In this document: piece after piece, positions 42,441-56,224 of the stretch | How the letters are laid out: each line of letters starts with the position of its first letter | Numbering within the stretch: the stretch's first letter is position 1 | NCBI RefSeq assembly: GCF_006345805.1 | Contig: NC_042997.1 | Span: forward strand, 94,798,001-94,862,000 | DNA from: Octopus sinensis | Lineage: Eukaryota | Direction of reading: 5' to 3' | DNA length: 64,000 nt | Translations under genes and position numbers: made by a program | Notes under the pieces: generated by a model | What the model was told of the DNA's origin: nothing | The model's input: the letters and a program-made list of their open reading frames with translations, nothing else | Databases searched by the model: none

Positions 42441-42475
<35 letters not shown>

Positions 42476-42501
42476 GTAATAATAATAATAATAATAATAA
42501 T

Positions 42502-42535
<34 letters not shown>

Positions 42536-42689
42536 TTAATAATAATAATAATTATAATGATAATATAATAATAATAATAATAATATTAATAATAATAGTA
42601 ATAATAATGATAATAATAATAATAATATTAATAATAATAATAATAATATTAATAATAATAATAATGATAATAATATTAATAATAATGAT

Positions 42690-42748
<59 letters not shown>

Positions 42749-42767
42749 TGATAATAATAATAAAACT

Positions 42768-42863
<96 letters not shown>

Positions 42864-42930
42864 AAGAAGAAGAAGAAGAAGGAGAAGAAGAAAGATGATG
42901 GTTATGATGATGATGGTTTTGATAATGATG
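42441..42930. repeat. Long (TAA)n tract followed by (GAA)n/(GAT)n, abutting SINE head fragments at ~42165-42440
   Basis: Directly visible. Explains the 180-aa N/I/R ORF. Confidence 0.95.
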
Positions 42931-43109
42931 CACTCCCGTCGGTTTCGACTTTGAGTGTTTGAAAGAAAGGATTTAAAACAGAAAAGACAATTAAAAATAA
43001 GAAGCTGTTTATATTTAGAATGGAGGTGTTAATCTAAGCTGAAATTAAGTGTGGATTCTGCTATGAATTCACAGTGGTAACAATGATGATTTTGTCTAGG
43101 ACTCGACAA

Positions 43110-44245
43110 ATGTGTGTGTTGATTGCAGAATATAATTCTTTTGTTGCTCCGCTTCTTCAATTCAATTCATTTAGATGTATCATGGTACATTTTACGCCAC
43201 TCAGATCGATGTAGACAATAATTTTCCAAGATGTTAAATTACGCTGTAGGAATTTTAGTGATCGCTTCAGCTTATCTTTATAACTTAGCAGCGATCTTAC
43301 TTTACTGCAGAATACCTGTACCTGTTGGCTATACGAAAGAATTTTCGGAATGCGATAATCTTGTTCTCTAATAACATGTTTTGTCCATTTGCACTGAATT
43401 CTCAACATGCTTTCGAAGCATGTGATATTACAACTTTCTAACATTTTGGCATTTGGAATCTAACCTTGCCATTTTACGTTGCAGATATTCTGCAGACACA
43501 TATGAAAGTTTTAAAGTTTATATTACTGTAGTGAGGAATTCATGTTTCTGATTCATACATTAGTGTGATCAAAATACAAGATTTGTATACCCTTATTCTA
43601 GTTTTCACTGTATTAATTCCACAAACGATGGAAGAGTTTCCAAAAGCATTTGTTGTCTTAGATATTCTATTGTCGATCATCACATTTGAATCTTGAGTAT
43701 GTCCAGTCTCACTCTTTGATTGGAATGAAGCTTAAGTTTTCTTAATGCTGATAGCCCCAAAGCACGAGCTGCCGCAGGAAACCTGTCAAATATTTCGTGA
43801 ATCGCTACAATTGTATTAGAAATTAATGCACAATCATCAGCGAAGAGAAAATCATGTAGAATCTCTTCCCCCGTTTCTTTTATATTCGATTTGAGGCTTG
43901 CCCATTCAGGTTTCGTAGACCTCCCTCTGCGCGAAATTGAGATTTTATAACGATAAACGTCGCCCTTTTCAAATCTAGCCAGGCTCATAGGCCCGGTTTC
44001 CTGGTTTCTGTGGTGTATGTGTTCCCCACAGCTGGATGGAACGGAGGCCAGTCTATCGCTTTTAGATGTTTTCGCTCAATAAACACACACAACGCCCGGT
44101 CTGGGAATCAAAACCGAGATCCTCCGACCGCGTGTCCGCTGCCCTAACCACTGGGCCATTGCGCCTCCACTGAGATTTTATACTTTCATTATAATCACTA
44201 AAAGCATGTTGGGCTATCATCGAAAAGAATATGGAAAGTGAAATA
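43110..44245 (-). mobile_element. Degenerate RTE (BovB-like) LINE fragment interrupted by a SINE
   Basis: SIFFSMIAQHAF..ILHDFLFADDCAL..FPAAARALGL; ..MLRIQCKWTKHVIREQDYRIPKILSYSQ..YKDKLK. Confidence 0.85.
43950..44170 (-). mobile_element. tRNA-derived SINE with 12-bp TSD, nested in the RTE fragment
   Basis: Head gtggaggcgcaatggcccagtggttaggg..ggttttgattccc. TSD tgagattttata at 43938-43949 and 44171-44182. Confidence 0.9.
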
Positions 44246-45146
44246 ATAATCTTCCTTTCTACTACAGGCAGAATGCCTCAAATTTTATGGGAGATGGCTG
44301 GTTGAGTTCATCGCTTCTAACGCCTGACTCGTATGTATTTCATCGACCTTGAAAGTACAACCGGCACAGTCGACAGCGGCACGATTGAACGTGTACCATG
44401 CCACAACAGCAGCAGCAACAACAACAACATCAACAATAACATGAAGAAGAAAAGGAAGAAAAGAAAGAAAATCAAAAGGAGTTTATGAGGTACCCACAAA
44501 ATAGTGAAAATCTAAACAATAATATATATCTTCATTTTTAATAGGTTCTGGCAGATTCGAACGAGAAAATTTTATTTTTGATTGTCATTGGAGAACATCT
44601 CCCCTCATATGCTGTCCATTGTTTTAAGGGAACTTTCCGTCTCTTCCTTAAAAACAACCCCGAATCAATCAATCTCACAAGATTACAGGCACTACTACAT
44701 TGACTCAAAATCCCTTCATAACAATGAGTGATATGTGCCATGAATACATATTGTCTAAGGGGATTAGATGCCTCCAAGAACGAAATGTAACTACGATCAC
44801 ATATCTACCTTCGAATCCTGCGGAAAGCATTGAGAATGGATAGATACGTAATGGTGCATACACACACATACACACAGATAAACAAGGATAAAAATCATGT
44901 AAATAATAATCAAATGGCCAACATGCCATAAAAACTTGTGACTAAATTATACTGAAATAATAATTATATATAAACCTTATATAATTATATAAGGGAGAAA
45001 TACTCTGCTCCAACATATTTTAAGAATACGCGTATATAATTTATATACTTAAATATTATTTTAGTGTAGATATATATATTATATATATTATATATATTAT
45101 ATATATATATATATATATTATATATATTATATATATATAATATATA

Positions 45147-45195
<49 letters not shown>

Positions 45196-45219
45196 TATAT
45201 ATAATATATATATATCTTC

Positions 45220-45950
45220 AAGCGACCGTAGACGCGATCTGCCTAATGCTGCTCCGAAAGTCAGTCCCCAGTTAGCTTAGTGATAATCCTCAATTTTACA
45301 TTGTGTATCTTTGCCAACAAAAGCCGTGCAGTTGAAAGGTTTTGCCATCAACAGAGCTGCTTAAGCCTTCAAAATATAATGTGGGTGAGTTTCATGAGCA
45401 CGATACTGCTAGTCATCAAAGCATAACCTGCGTTCAGCAATCGTAGTAGAGAACAACAATATGTCTCCATATATCTTTGCTTTCGTCAGGTACACACGCT
45501 GTACATTTTTGGCGTCTGCATGGGAAAAAATGTTATTTGTACCATCAAGGCAATCTTGAAGGTACCTCATCATATTTCAGGTTTAGTTTTCATAGATACG
45601 AGTGTTTTCTACCCCTGCCCTGGAAAAGACCTGCTTTGTTGACTTTGAAATATTTGATTATCAGATGATTTTAAGCTTGTTACATTTGCGCCAGGCTAGT
45701 CAACTGCGTATCAAGGCGCCTTTCTGAGAACTAGCAGCACCGAAACAGAGTTATTTGAAATTACTAATCAACTCGCGCTGTGTGCCATCTTTCGAACACA
45801 TTCACAGGTGGCTTTCATCTTCATCGATTTTCATGTACTCAGCTATCTTTGTACTGAAAAACACACTGTAACTGCAGCATTTTAAAGGGATGTTAATAAA
45901 CCATGCGCATTGCATAGATGTTGAACTGAGATCATCAGTAGAGAGAGAGT
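45220..45950 (-). mobile_element. Highly degenerate RTE-clade LINE fragment (post-RT region)
   Basis: NFK*LCFGAASSQKGALIRS*LAWRKCNKLKII..SNISKSTK..RAGVENT..LDGT resembles the RTE motif FKYLGS..IRKALAW.ACNKL..IW.S. Confidence 0.65.
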
Positions 45951-46588
45951 CAGAGAGGTACTCACTCTGTCTACGTTTGATAGTTTTGTCTTGGAGAGGT
46001 GCAATTTTTTGCTTAAGGATATAATCCACTATTATAATAGAAGAAAGAGCAACTATGATTTACTCAATAATTCCTGATGTCTTTCGAAGTCCTTTAGCTA
46101 AGCCATCTCTGCTTTGAACAAAATTTCATAGGTTTTGGTACATGAGGATTATGGCATTCACAATGCCATAAGGGATAAAAGCTTTACAGGATAAACGAAA
46201 TGACCTTTTAATTGACACCGTGGCTTTGGAAAAATCCACAAATATAATCCGCTATTAATGAGAGTTACGCTAACTAAAAATTTGTCAATATAATCTGCTT
46301 ATAAGTTTTTCCTTCTATAACGGATATATTTCTATTGTTAATGAAACACGTGTATGTGATATACAGAGGCATTTCTATTATTTTGTTTTCTTTATTCGCT
46401 GTGATTTATATGACTATGGAGATAAATATGAAGGGAATCTCAAACTATTGTATTATTCCTCTCCTCAGTTTCTTCACTGGATAAAGAAGAATGCGCATGG
46501 AATTCTAAATATGATGTATTTGTCAAAAATTCATATTCAAAACACAATGCATAATTTTATATATGTTAATGAATATATAAATATATAT

Positions 46589-46660
<72 letters not shown>

Positions 46661-47427
46661 GTGTAGTGTGTGTGTGTGTGCATCTGCGTGTGTATACATA
46701 CATATTTACACACGTACATCATCTATATATACGTCTATATTTTTCATGCATGGAGGGGAAAAGAAAATTAAATATTTCTACCTTCTACGTCAGTTCATAT
46801 TTAAAGCGTATTTTTGAGAACTATCGATAGATGTACATATTTCTTTAAGTTTTCACACACACGCACACACGCGCACACAATCTCACGTATATATATATCT
46901 GTGTATGTGTATATATACATATATACAATACATATGTAGATATATAGATATATTAGTATATATGTCCATAACTATCTATCTCTGTGTATATATTTATGTA
47001 TGTATATATGCGCATATCTATCTATCTCTGTATATATGTATATATATCGTGAATGTATTTCATTGAATTCTGTAAATATCTCCTCACGAATTATGAGTCT
47101 ACATTTGTACTTCTATCGATATATCTACCTTTATTACCAAGTTCTGGAGACAAAAGTAATACTTTGATAATTAGAGCTTAGATTATGTGATGTGTAATCG
47201 AAGTTCAGGCCACCACCAGTTCACTGGTTTTAAGTGTATCTTATCTCTTTCAACTTGAACATTTTGCTATAGTGATTGACGTGAATTAGTAAGCTATTGT
47301 TTAACTACACAGAAGATAAACTATAAAACTCTTTGATAGAACACAAAATTCTCTTGAGATTTAACTACACACAGAACATTTTCGTTTCCCGACTTTTAGT
47401 GACAGTACCTATAGAATTACACACACA

Positions 47428-47479
<52 letters not shown>

Positions 47480-48051
47480 CACACATACATACATACATAC
47501 ATACATACATACATACATACATACATACATAAACAGTATTGATATAAGCAGACACGAAGACACATAATCGTGTATGTATGTGAGAGTGTGCGTTTGTATG
47601 TGTGTGAGTGTCTGCAATACGCATAAGAATAAATTTTTAGCTTTAATAGCGAAAATGTTTCTTTCAGTGAAACTTTTTAGTGTTAAAAACTAGTTTACAG
47701 TAAGAATATAGTGAAATGGAAGTGCAGCCAATAACCCAACAGACACTTAAAATTAAAGCGAAGTTCGATTATGGAACGAATACGGAATATTATTATTATT
47801 TTCTTCGGCCAATAACGATATTTATAGTGGCATGTATCATTTGAGGCCTTGCCTAGCATGACCACAAAATTAGTTGCAATACGAAGTCATGATGTATACA
47901 TTTACTCTGATGAAAACCTCACAACTAAAAACACAACCTTGAATATCTCACCGTTATTGAACTCATGTTGACTTTATATATATATGAACGGCAACGGGAA
48001 ACTCAGAGTAACAGGTTTTGTTGAATTTTCTGCTGCTTTAAAATATATGCC

Positions 48052-49317
48052 CAGGACGAGGGGGCAGCAATCGGCGTTAGTATCGCTGGTGATGTGGCCA
48101 ACCTTTTCATGGTATGGTGGAACAGAAGGCTTAAAGAACGCCTAACACAGAACTCCATACTCGTAAACATGTACTCTCGCTATGTTGATTATATCAACAT
48201 AGTGGTAAAGGCACCCCCACAAGAGAGTAATGTTGATATAATAATAGAAACTAATACTATGGAGAGCATCCAGCAAATAGCTAACTCCATCCACCAGAGT
48301 ATTAAGGTCACAATAGACTACCCCACTAAACACCCCAACCATAGACTACCAGTACTAGACACTGAACTCTGGCTAGAAATTGTGAATAATAAAACCCAAA
48401 TCCTTCATTCATACTATGCCAAACCTATGGCCTCAAAATACTTGATCCACCGGAACTCAGCCATTGCGGACAATGCCAAATTCAATATTTTGATGGCAAA
48501 CCTCGTCAGAATAATGAGAAATGTGTCACGCATGTGCGAGACCACAGAGTTAAAAAGACACATGCAATATTTCATTCACCGCATGCAGTTCTCAGGTTAC
48601 AGCCATAAAGAAAGGATCAGAGTATACAAAGGAGCCATGAAGAAATTTGATAATATATTATATAATGATGGGAATGGGATTTGCCCACTCTATAGAAACA
48701 AGTCATGGAACACTATAGAAAGGACAAAAAAGAAAATAGGGAAGGCCAGCTCTAGGTATGATAGCCATAAATACCAGAGTGTCATGTTCGTTGACACCAC
48801 CCCTGGAGGTGAACTGGCCTACCGCTTTAGAAGGACCCTAGACAAACTTAAGCTAAGAAATAAGGTTGTTGAAAAGCCAGGCAACCCTATCAAATCTATA
48901 ATTGGTAGAACCTATCCTTTTAGTAGAACCCCCTGTACGGATAAGTACTGTACTGTATGTAGATTTAGCCCACAAACAAACTGTAAAGCCAGAAATGTAA
49001 TCTATAGTATAAGATGTATAGAGGGACGATGCAGTAACAAGACAACGACATACGCACGGGAAACGGCAAGAAGCACAGGAGAGCGAGTAAATGAGTATTG
49101 GAGACAACTCAAGGAAGGTAAAAGCTCATCGATTCTGTACCAACACGCCGAACAGTAACACGGGGGATCAATCAATAACATAGAAATTAAAATATTGTCC
49201 ACACATAGAACAGATGCAACTATTAGACAAATTACAGAAGCTACACACATAATAGAAAATAAACCTAGCCTGAATAGAAAACTAGAATGGAGCACTAACA
49301 CACACCACAACATATGA
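48052..49317 (+). pseudogene. Penelope-like element RT + GIY-YIG ORF, 5'-truncated, Naiad/Neptune-type
   Basis: GAAIGVSIAGDVANLFM, RYVDY (YVDD mutated), DYPTKH..PVLD, YYAKPMA, linker CTDKYCTVC..NCKARNVIYSIRC, YARETARS (YIGET). One in-frame TAA at 49156-49158, then ..RQITEA..LNRKLEW..TGA at 49317. Confidence 0.9.
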
Positions 49318-49395
49318 CGATAGAGGATTCCGAAAACATAATAAATACACAGATAAATAAACAAATACAAATAAAAACTATATATATATATATTA

Positions 49396-49443
<48 letters not shown>

Positions 49444-49526
49444 AATCCAAAAGGAAACAAAAAAACAACACACAACAGAACAATTACAGTATTATTATTA
49501 AAAGGCGCTCAGGAGATGGAGCAGGG

Positions 49527-49565
49527 AGGTATGACGTTTCGAGCGGAGCTCTTCGTCGGAAACAT
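49527..49565 (-). ncRNA. Minimal hammerhead motif within a separate pLTR-like insert (~49445-49970)
   Basis: ttt-CCGACGA-a-gagc-tcc-gctc-GAAA-cg-TC. Stem I imperfect. Confidence 0.6.
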
Positions 49566-50014
49566 AAAGAAGGAAGAGAGAGGAAAGAAAGATCCCAGAG
49601 CGGGCAACAAGGAAGAGAAGACGACTGGTGTTTACGAGTTGCACATGGTGAAAGGCGGATGTTGACGATAACAAGAGCAAAGTGGGTTTTTAAAGGCTAA
49701 AGAGTGGAGACAAGGTTGGTAACCCAACATATGTGTGTGTATGTGTGAGTGTGTGAGTGGCGTGTGTATGTGTGTGTGTGAGGCGAGATGAAAAAACAAA
49801 AAAAATATGTGTGTGTTAGTGTGTGCGTCTGTGTGTAGGCGTGTGAGGTAGGCGAGACTAGTGATCAGCTAGCAGACGAGGTCAGTAGTAAGAAAAAAAG
49901 GAAGGAGGAGGAAGGGAGGTCAGTAGTAAGAAAAAGAAGGAAGGAGGAAGGGAGGGAGGGGAAGGGGTGGGGGCGTATGTAGCGTGCCATGTATGTATGT
50001 ATGATTATATATTA

Positions 50015-50062
<48 letters not shown>

Positions 50063-50406
50063 AATATATAATAATATATGTATATATATATATATATATA
50101 TATTTATTCGATTTATTATTATTATTACTAGTATTGTTGTTATACATACATACAAGCATATGTAATAATAATAAGTGGATGTAAACACATGAACAAAATA
50201 AGAATAAACAAAAACAACAACAACAAAAATAAAATACAAATTACATGAACGTATATAAACAGAAGATACAAATATTACAGGCATCACACTAAATAAACAT
50301 AGACGCACATAGAGATGTAAGCATGCGCAAATGAAAACATACAATACAAATACAAAATGGCTGACGGTTAGTAAGGAGAGGCACAAATAAGAAAGAAGGA
50401 AACAAA

Positions 50407-50451
50407 GGTCCACTGATGCGGTCACAGGAGTGTGACGAAAGAACTCTGGCC
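50407..50451 (+). ncRNA. Decayed hammerhead in the 3' region of the Naiad-like element
   Basis: ggtcca-CTGATGC-g-gtcac-aggagt-gtgac-GAAA-gaac-TC-tggcc. Confidence 0.6.
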
Positions 50452-50564
50452 GAAATAAGATTAAGATTAATGTAAAAAATAAATAACACTGAAGCAAAAT
50501 AACACCAAATATATAGTGCGTGTGTTTTTATTGGCTAAACTGGCAATATGACGATTCCGAAAAT

Positions 50565-50606
<42 letters not shown>

Positions 50607-50623
50607 ATATATATATATATCAT

Positions 50624-50701
<78 letters not shown>

Positions 50702-50952
50702 CATACATATATATATATTGACTCCTCTAGCGACAGCTGATGACGGGGGTTTTGTCCTTGTGTAACCTGTCCTGTATTTGGTTTTCGTTTTCCGTTTTCT
50801 TGTTTTTTGTTTTTTTGGCTTTTTCTGTTTCTACGTCTTATTGTGATGTCCTGTACTTCCGTATAATTATTTATATATGCATGTATATATACATGTAGAT
50901 GTAGGTACGTACATATATGTTTGTATGTATGCATATATTTTTATTTATCTCC

Positions 50953-50985
<33 letters not shown>

Positions 50986-50994
50986 AAATAGATG

Positions 50995-51238
50995 CGCTCT
51001 TCTAAGGCCTAGCGAGGTTCATGGGCACGGTTTCCCGGTTTCTACGGCATATGTGTTCCTCAGCTGGACGGGACGCCAGTTCATCGCAGCGTTACTCATT
51101 TTTGCCAGCTGAGTGAACAGGAGCAACGTGAAATGAAGTGTTTTGTTCAAGAACACGACGCGTCGCCCGGTCCAGGAATCGAAACCACAATCTTACGATC
51201 ATAATGCTGACATTCTAACCACTAAGACATGCGCCTCT
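50995..51238 (-). mobile_element. tRNA-derived SINE, full length
   Basis: A box tgtcttagtgg, B box ggtttcgattcc, body ..ctgcgatgaactggcgtcccgtccag..gaaaccgggaaacc. Sits between (TA)n tracts. Confidence 0.85.
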
Positions 51239-51281
51239 CTCTATATATAAATATGTGTGTGTATATATATATATATATATT

Positions 51282-51326
<45 letters not shown>

Positions 51327-52570
51327 TATATATATTTAAACGTATATACATATATATTATATATATATATATACATTTTACCCACTGTTACATTCACTCA
51401 CCCAAGCTATCACGCCTCAATGGGATAGTTAGTGTAATCTTTGACTAACTATTATATAAATAGTCCTTTAGACTAGTCTAACAAGGCCAGTCCATTTGGT
51501 AGATCTCATTCAAAATGAAAATACATACAATTTATAGGAATTATTGCTATGCACAAATTTTCGATAGCATCTTATAATTTTACGATTACGTACGTTTGTA
51601 GTTAGCAAAATGTATTTTCTTTTACGAGAACATCATGAACCTATTAGCATTACTGAAGAAAAGGTCGATCTATGGATTAGAAAACATGTATTGCATAACT
51701 TGGAAATACCTTCTCGATATTCTTCCCCTACGGATCGTGTCACTTATATCTAACTGTTGCATAAATGACTGAGATTCAAAACTATTTCAATGTTAGAGTA
51801 TTTTTCGCTCTAACATATTTTCCATTTATTCCTTGTACCATAATTGGTGGAGGTGGTTCAGTTTTTAAATTACATACGTCAATTTATCATTCATACAAAG
51901 GCAGAGTTCATGAACTATACACTAGAAAAAAAGAAAAAAGACGAATTAAAATAACAAACAACGAAGAAGGAATCAAATGCAGTAATCGGTAAAAGAAATG
52001 AACTATTCAATAATTCAAGAAGTGATGATGTAGAAAGTAGTGAAAATTATCGATGTTCCAGAATGCCTTAAGCAAAGTAATGTGGGTTTGAATGAACGTG
52101 ACAGCTTAATGTAATATGAACTTTTAATCGTTTATCCTCTTACGGGTTACAATTATTGGACAAAGGCCATGCTGGGGGACTGAATTCATAGGTTTCGTCG
52201 ATCGTATTAACCCCAGCTATATAATAAGTATCAGTGTTTAGAACAGGCTACACATAGTAAATTGGCGAACTAACTCGCACAAACCCACATGCGTATGTGC
52301 AGACTTACAGAACCAAACACACGCAACCATACGTACGATTATATATATATATATATACAGAGCTACTTACAAACACAGACTGACACACACAGAGACATAA
52401 AGACAGACTCACAGATACATACACACATACATGTATGTATGTATGTATGTATATGTATATAAATGTACATATATATATGTGTGTGTGTGTGTGTGTATTT
52501 GAGTGTTTACATACACACTAACACGTACACACATATATACGGTCGGCTACTGCATATATGGGTACCTGTC

Positions 52571-53235
52571 GTCACCAACAGTAAACAGTATGAAATACGA
52601 AAAGAAATGGGTTAAATACGCAAATAATGAGAGAAACAAGGACAAGTAATACAAAGTATAACACTTCATCAGTTGTCGGTTGTCTATCTACTCCCCATTT
52701 CGAGCAATCAACGACAATATGAATCTTTGAAGACAGTTGCTCACACAAATACAAAAACAAAATTTTGGACTTATGGAGGGTCAAAGTTAAGAACAAAAAC
52801 AGGACACTGGAGACATATAGGGAAACCGAACGAAAACAAGCATGGAGAGTCGTTAATCCTGAACGAGGTGAAAATAGTGAACGCTGAGAGAAATATTTTA
52901 TTTGAAAAGAGAAAAGATAGGAGAGATAGATAGGAGACATCCAGTCCTTAGAACGTCCGTGAAGGAAAGAAAGATGGTCACGTGAGGAAAAAAGATGGAC
53001 GATGGTCTCGTGTGAGCAACGAGAGAGAGAGAGAAAGAGAAAAGGGAAAGAGGGAGAGAGAGACAGATAGAAAGCAGTGAGAGGGAGAAAAAGGGAATTA
53101 GAGAGGATAGTAGAGAAAACAGTATAGAGTAGTGTTGCATCAAAACGTTTAAGATAAACTTACTTGGAAATATATGGGTACAGGAGGTCACCAACAGTAA
53201 ACAGTATGGAATATGAAAACAAATGAGTTCTATAT
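52571..53235. mobile_element. Unclassified element with ~45-bp terminal direct repeats
   Basis: gtcaccaacagtaaacagtatg(a/g)aata(c/t)gaaaa at 52571 and 53187. Confidence 0.5.
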
Positions 53236-53298
53236 ATAAATAAATAAATAAATTTAATTTAGTATTAAATCAAATTTCACAATATAAATATAGAATAT

Positions 53299-53610
53299 AT
53301 AACTTAGAGAAAAACCACTATTATGCAATTCAAACAATGATAGACATAAACCAAATCATAAATAAAATATGAAATATATTTTAAAGCATATAACTAGATC
53401 ACAAAAAGTACAATAATGAATAAACAATATATAATAAGTAATAAGTAATAAGTATATATTATTATTTATTGTTTATTATATATTGTTTATTCATTATTGT
53501 ATTTTTATGATTTAGTTATATGTTTTAAAATATATTTTATTTTTCATTATGATTTGGTTTATGTCTATCATTGTTTGAATTGCATAATAGTGGTTTTTCT
53601 CTAATGTTAT
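53299..53610. repeat. AT-rich long palindrome (~140-bp arms)
   Basis: tagagaaaaaccactattatgcaattcaaacaatgatagacataaaccaaatcata.. mirrored at 53470-53610. Confidence 0.9.
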
Positions 53611-53641
53611 GATATATATATATATATTATATATATATATT

Positions 53642-53677
<36 letters not shown>

Positions 53678-54649
53678 CATTATACATATATGTCTTTGAG
53701 TGTTTACATACACACATACGTACACACACATATATACGGTAGGCTTCTGCATATATTCCGACAATCCGGCAGTCATATTCCACACGCTGCAAGTGGAAAT
53801 TCATGGTAGAAGAGGGCGTAGAATGGAGTCAAACATGTATTTTTTAACCAAAAATGTATCTATAAACCATATACAAACACACACCTTTTCACGTATATAT
53901 GTATCTTCGTGTATGTGTGCAGCTGAGTGTGAGGGTGGACTTGTCTCTGTGTGTTTGGATGTATGTATGCCTGTGAGTATGCGAGTGGGTATGTGTGTTT
54001 GGTTGTTTGTGTGTGTGAGGGTTTGCTTGTGGGTACGTGTGTGTGTGGTTGGAGGTATGCCTGTGGGTATGCGAGTGGGTATGTATGTGAGTGAGTGAGT
54101 GTGTGAGAGTGTGTGTGTGTGAGTGTGTGTGTGTGCATTTCTTTATTAAAAGATGTCGTTTCCTTTCGTCTCTACTTTCATTTTAATGCCAATCTTAATA
54201 ACAAATGAAATAAACAGTATCCACAAGCACCAGAGTAGCGACAGAAATATTCTCCACCTTCCAATAAACGAATAAACACTACTTGGATTGAATAAATACA
54301 TGCTTCTATCGCGTGTGTAAACACAAACGTAGCTGCCTATCTATCTACGCACACGCCTATACGCACGCGCATGCGAACGCACACATATATATTGATTTTT
54401 ATACAATCTATTTTCTGGGTCTGTTTCTCCCCAGAGTTTTAATTCATTAGCATTTCTTGTCCCAGTATATTTAATATACTTATGTTACTATATGTGTTTT
54501 ATGTTTCATGCTTACATTTGTAACACCATTCCACTTCAGTCGAATCATTGTTAGTTAGTAAAACTAGTCAAAGAGGAGTTGAACGTTTACTTCCACAAAG
54601 TCGATGAGGATAAGGAGATTCAAGCTTAGCATATGATGTCAAAAACAGA

Positions 54650-55085
54650 CAGCGAGCTGGCACAATCGTTAGCACTCCTGACAAAATGCTTCGCAGTATT
54701 TCGCCTGTCTCTATGTTCTGTGTTCAAATTCGTCGAGGTTGACTTTACCTTTTATCGTTTCAGAGTCGATAAAACAAGTACTGGGATTCGATGTGACCGA
54801 ATTCCCCTTCTCATCAAAAGCTGCTGCTCCTGTGACAACATTTCAAGCCATTATTTATGAAACCAAAAAGGTGGTGTACTGGCAGAATGTTATCGATCTG
54901 GATAAGATTTTTTGCAGCATTTGTTTCGGCGCCTTACTTTCTGAGTTCAAATGACCTCGAGGTCGACTTTGTCTTACATTTTTTCAGGGTCGATGAAATA
55001 AGTTTCAGATGAGCACTGGGTTCGAAGTAATCGACTGGCTCCCTCTGATTTTCAGGACTTGTACTTATAATAGAAATAATTATTA
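54650..55085 (+). mobile_element. Two degenerate tandem SINE units (family of 63110-63523)
   Basis: gcgagctggcacaatcgttagcac..gttcaaattcgtcgaggttgactttacc and a second gagttcaaatgacctcgaggtcgactttg. Confidence 0.7.
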
Positions 55086-55443
55086 TGAAGCCAAACTCTA
55101 CCATAGCAAAGTATGTTTATAATCCTGCTGCTGCTGCTGTAGTCGTTATTGACAACGATAGTGGCGACGATGACAATGATGATGGTTATTGTGTTCATGA
55201 GAAAAGGAACAAGAATTGGACAAAGAGGCGGATTACTTTACAGTAACTAATATATCTAGACAAATCAGAAAACGCAAAAGCAGCAGCAGTTTCATTTATG
55301 TTGAAGATGCTAATGATCAAAAGGAGAAGCGGGAGAGGGGGAGAGATTAAGGAAAGAGATAATGATGATGATAACGACAACGACGACGATGACGATGATA
55401 ATGAAGACAAACAATGGCGAAGAATATACCATTGCTATTGATA

Positions 55444-55479
<36 letters not shown>

Positions 55480-56224
55480 GTGATGATGATACATAGTATG
55501 TTTCATCTCTTTCCTAATCGATATCAGAATTTGAAACCTAACACAACGTTACGTATCAAAATTATGGCTATTAGTTGATTAGTTTCGATAGCAACACTGA
55601 TATGAAACAACAGGAAAAGAAGAAAGAATTGTTTAAATCGGAAACAACAATGAATCGTCATTTATTTGTTTGCACACATTAAACTTGAATGACATAAAGA
55701 ACAAAAATAGGAATTTAAAAAAAAAATAATAAAAAGAGAACACGAGTTCATACAGTATTATGTCACATGTAAAATAATTAATGTAAGCACTAAAATGTTT
55801 GATGGCATGCTTGAAATTTCAGAAGTGAAATTTGTAAAGCTGTAAAGAATTGTCAATGATTTAGATGTTTGCACTTCGGGATTGATGGTAATAATGCCTG
55901 AAAATGGAGAAAACAAAGTCTGTTGAAAATATATAACCATTTTTAAGTTTCTGAGTTTCTGATTTCAAATGTAATGATAATTCCTACTACGTCTTTGAAG
56001 CTTGTAGATATATATATTCGCGTTAAATTACACCTAAATTCTTTGAATGATTTTCTATAATTCTAAATGCTCAGTTTTGTCTATTAGTTTTGAGGCATTT
56101 TCTCTCATTGCATGTAAGGTTTTTTTTGCTAGAAGACACACAACCTAACATATGCTATCAATCTATCTTTCCTATTTCTCTATCAAAATCGGAAAAAATA
56201 GACAGGGATTATATAACTCTTCCC

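Noticed and set aside
49311-49370. ATGAC..AAA after the Naiad-like stop as a SECIS element
   Set aside because: No complementary helix or 3' GA quartet is visible, and the ORF has no in-frame TGA.
53955-54090. 84-bp spaced repeat in a TG-rich tract (also the ~39-bp repeat at 49878-49950)
   Set aside because: Local slippage in low-complexity sequence with no further structure.
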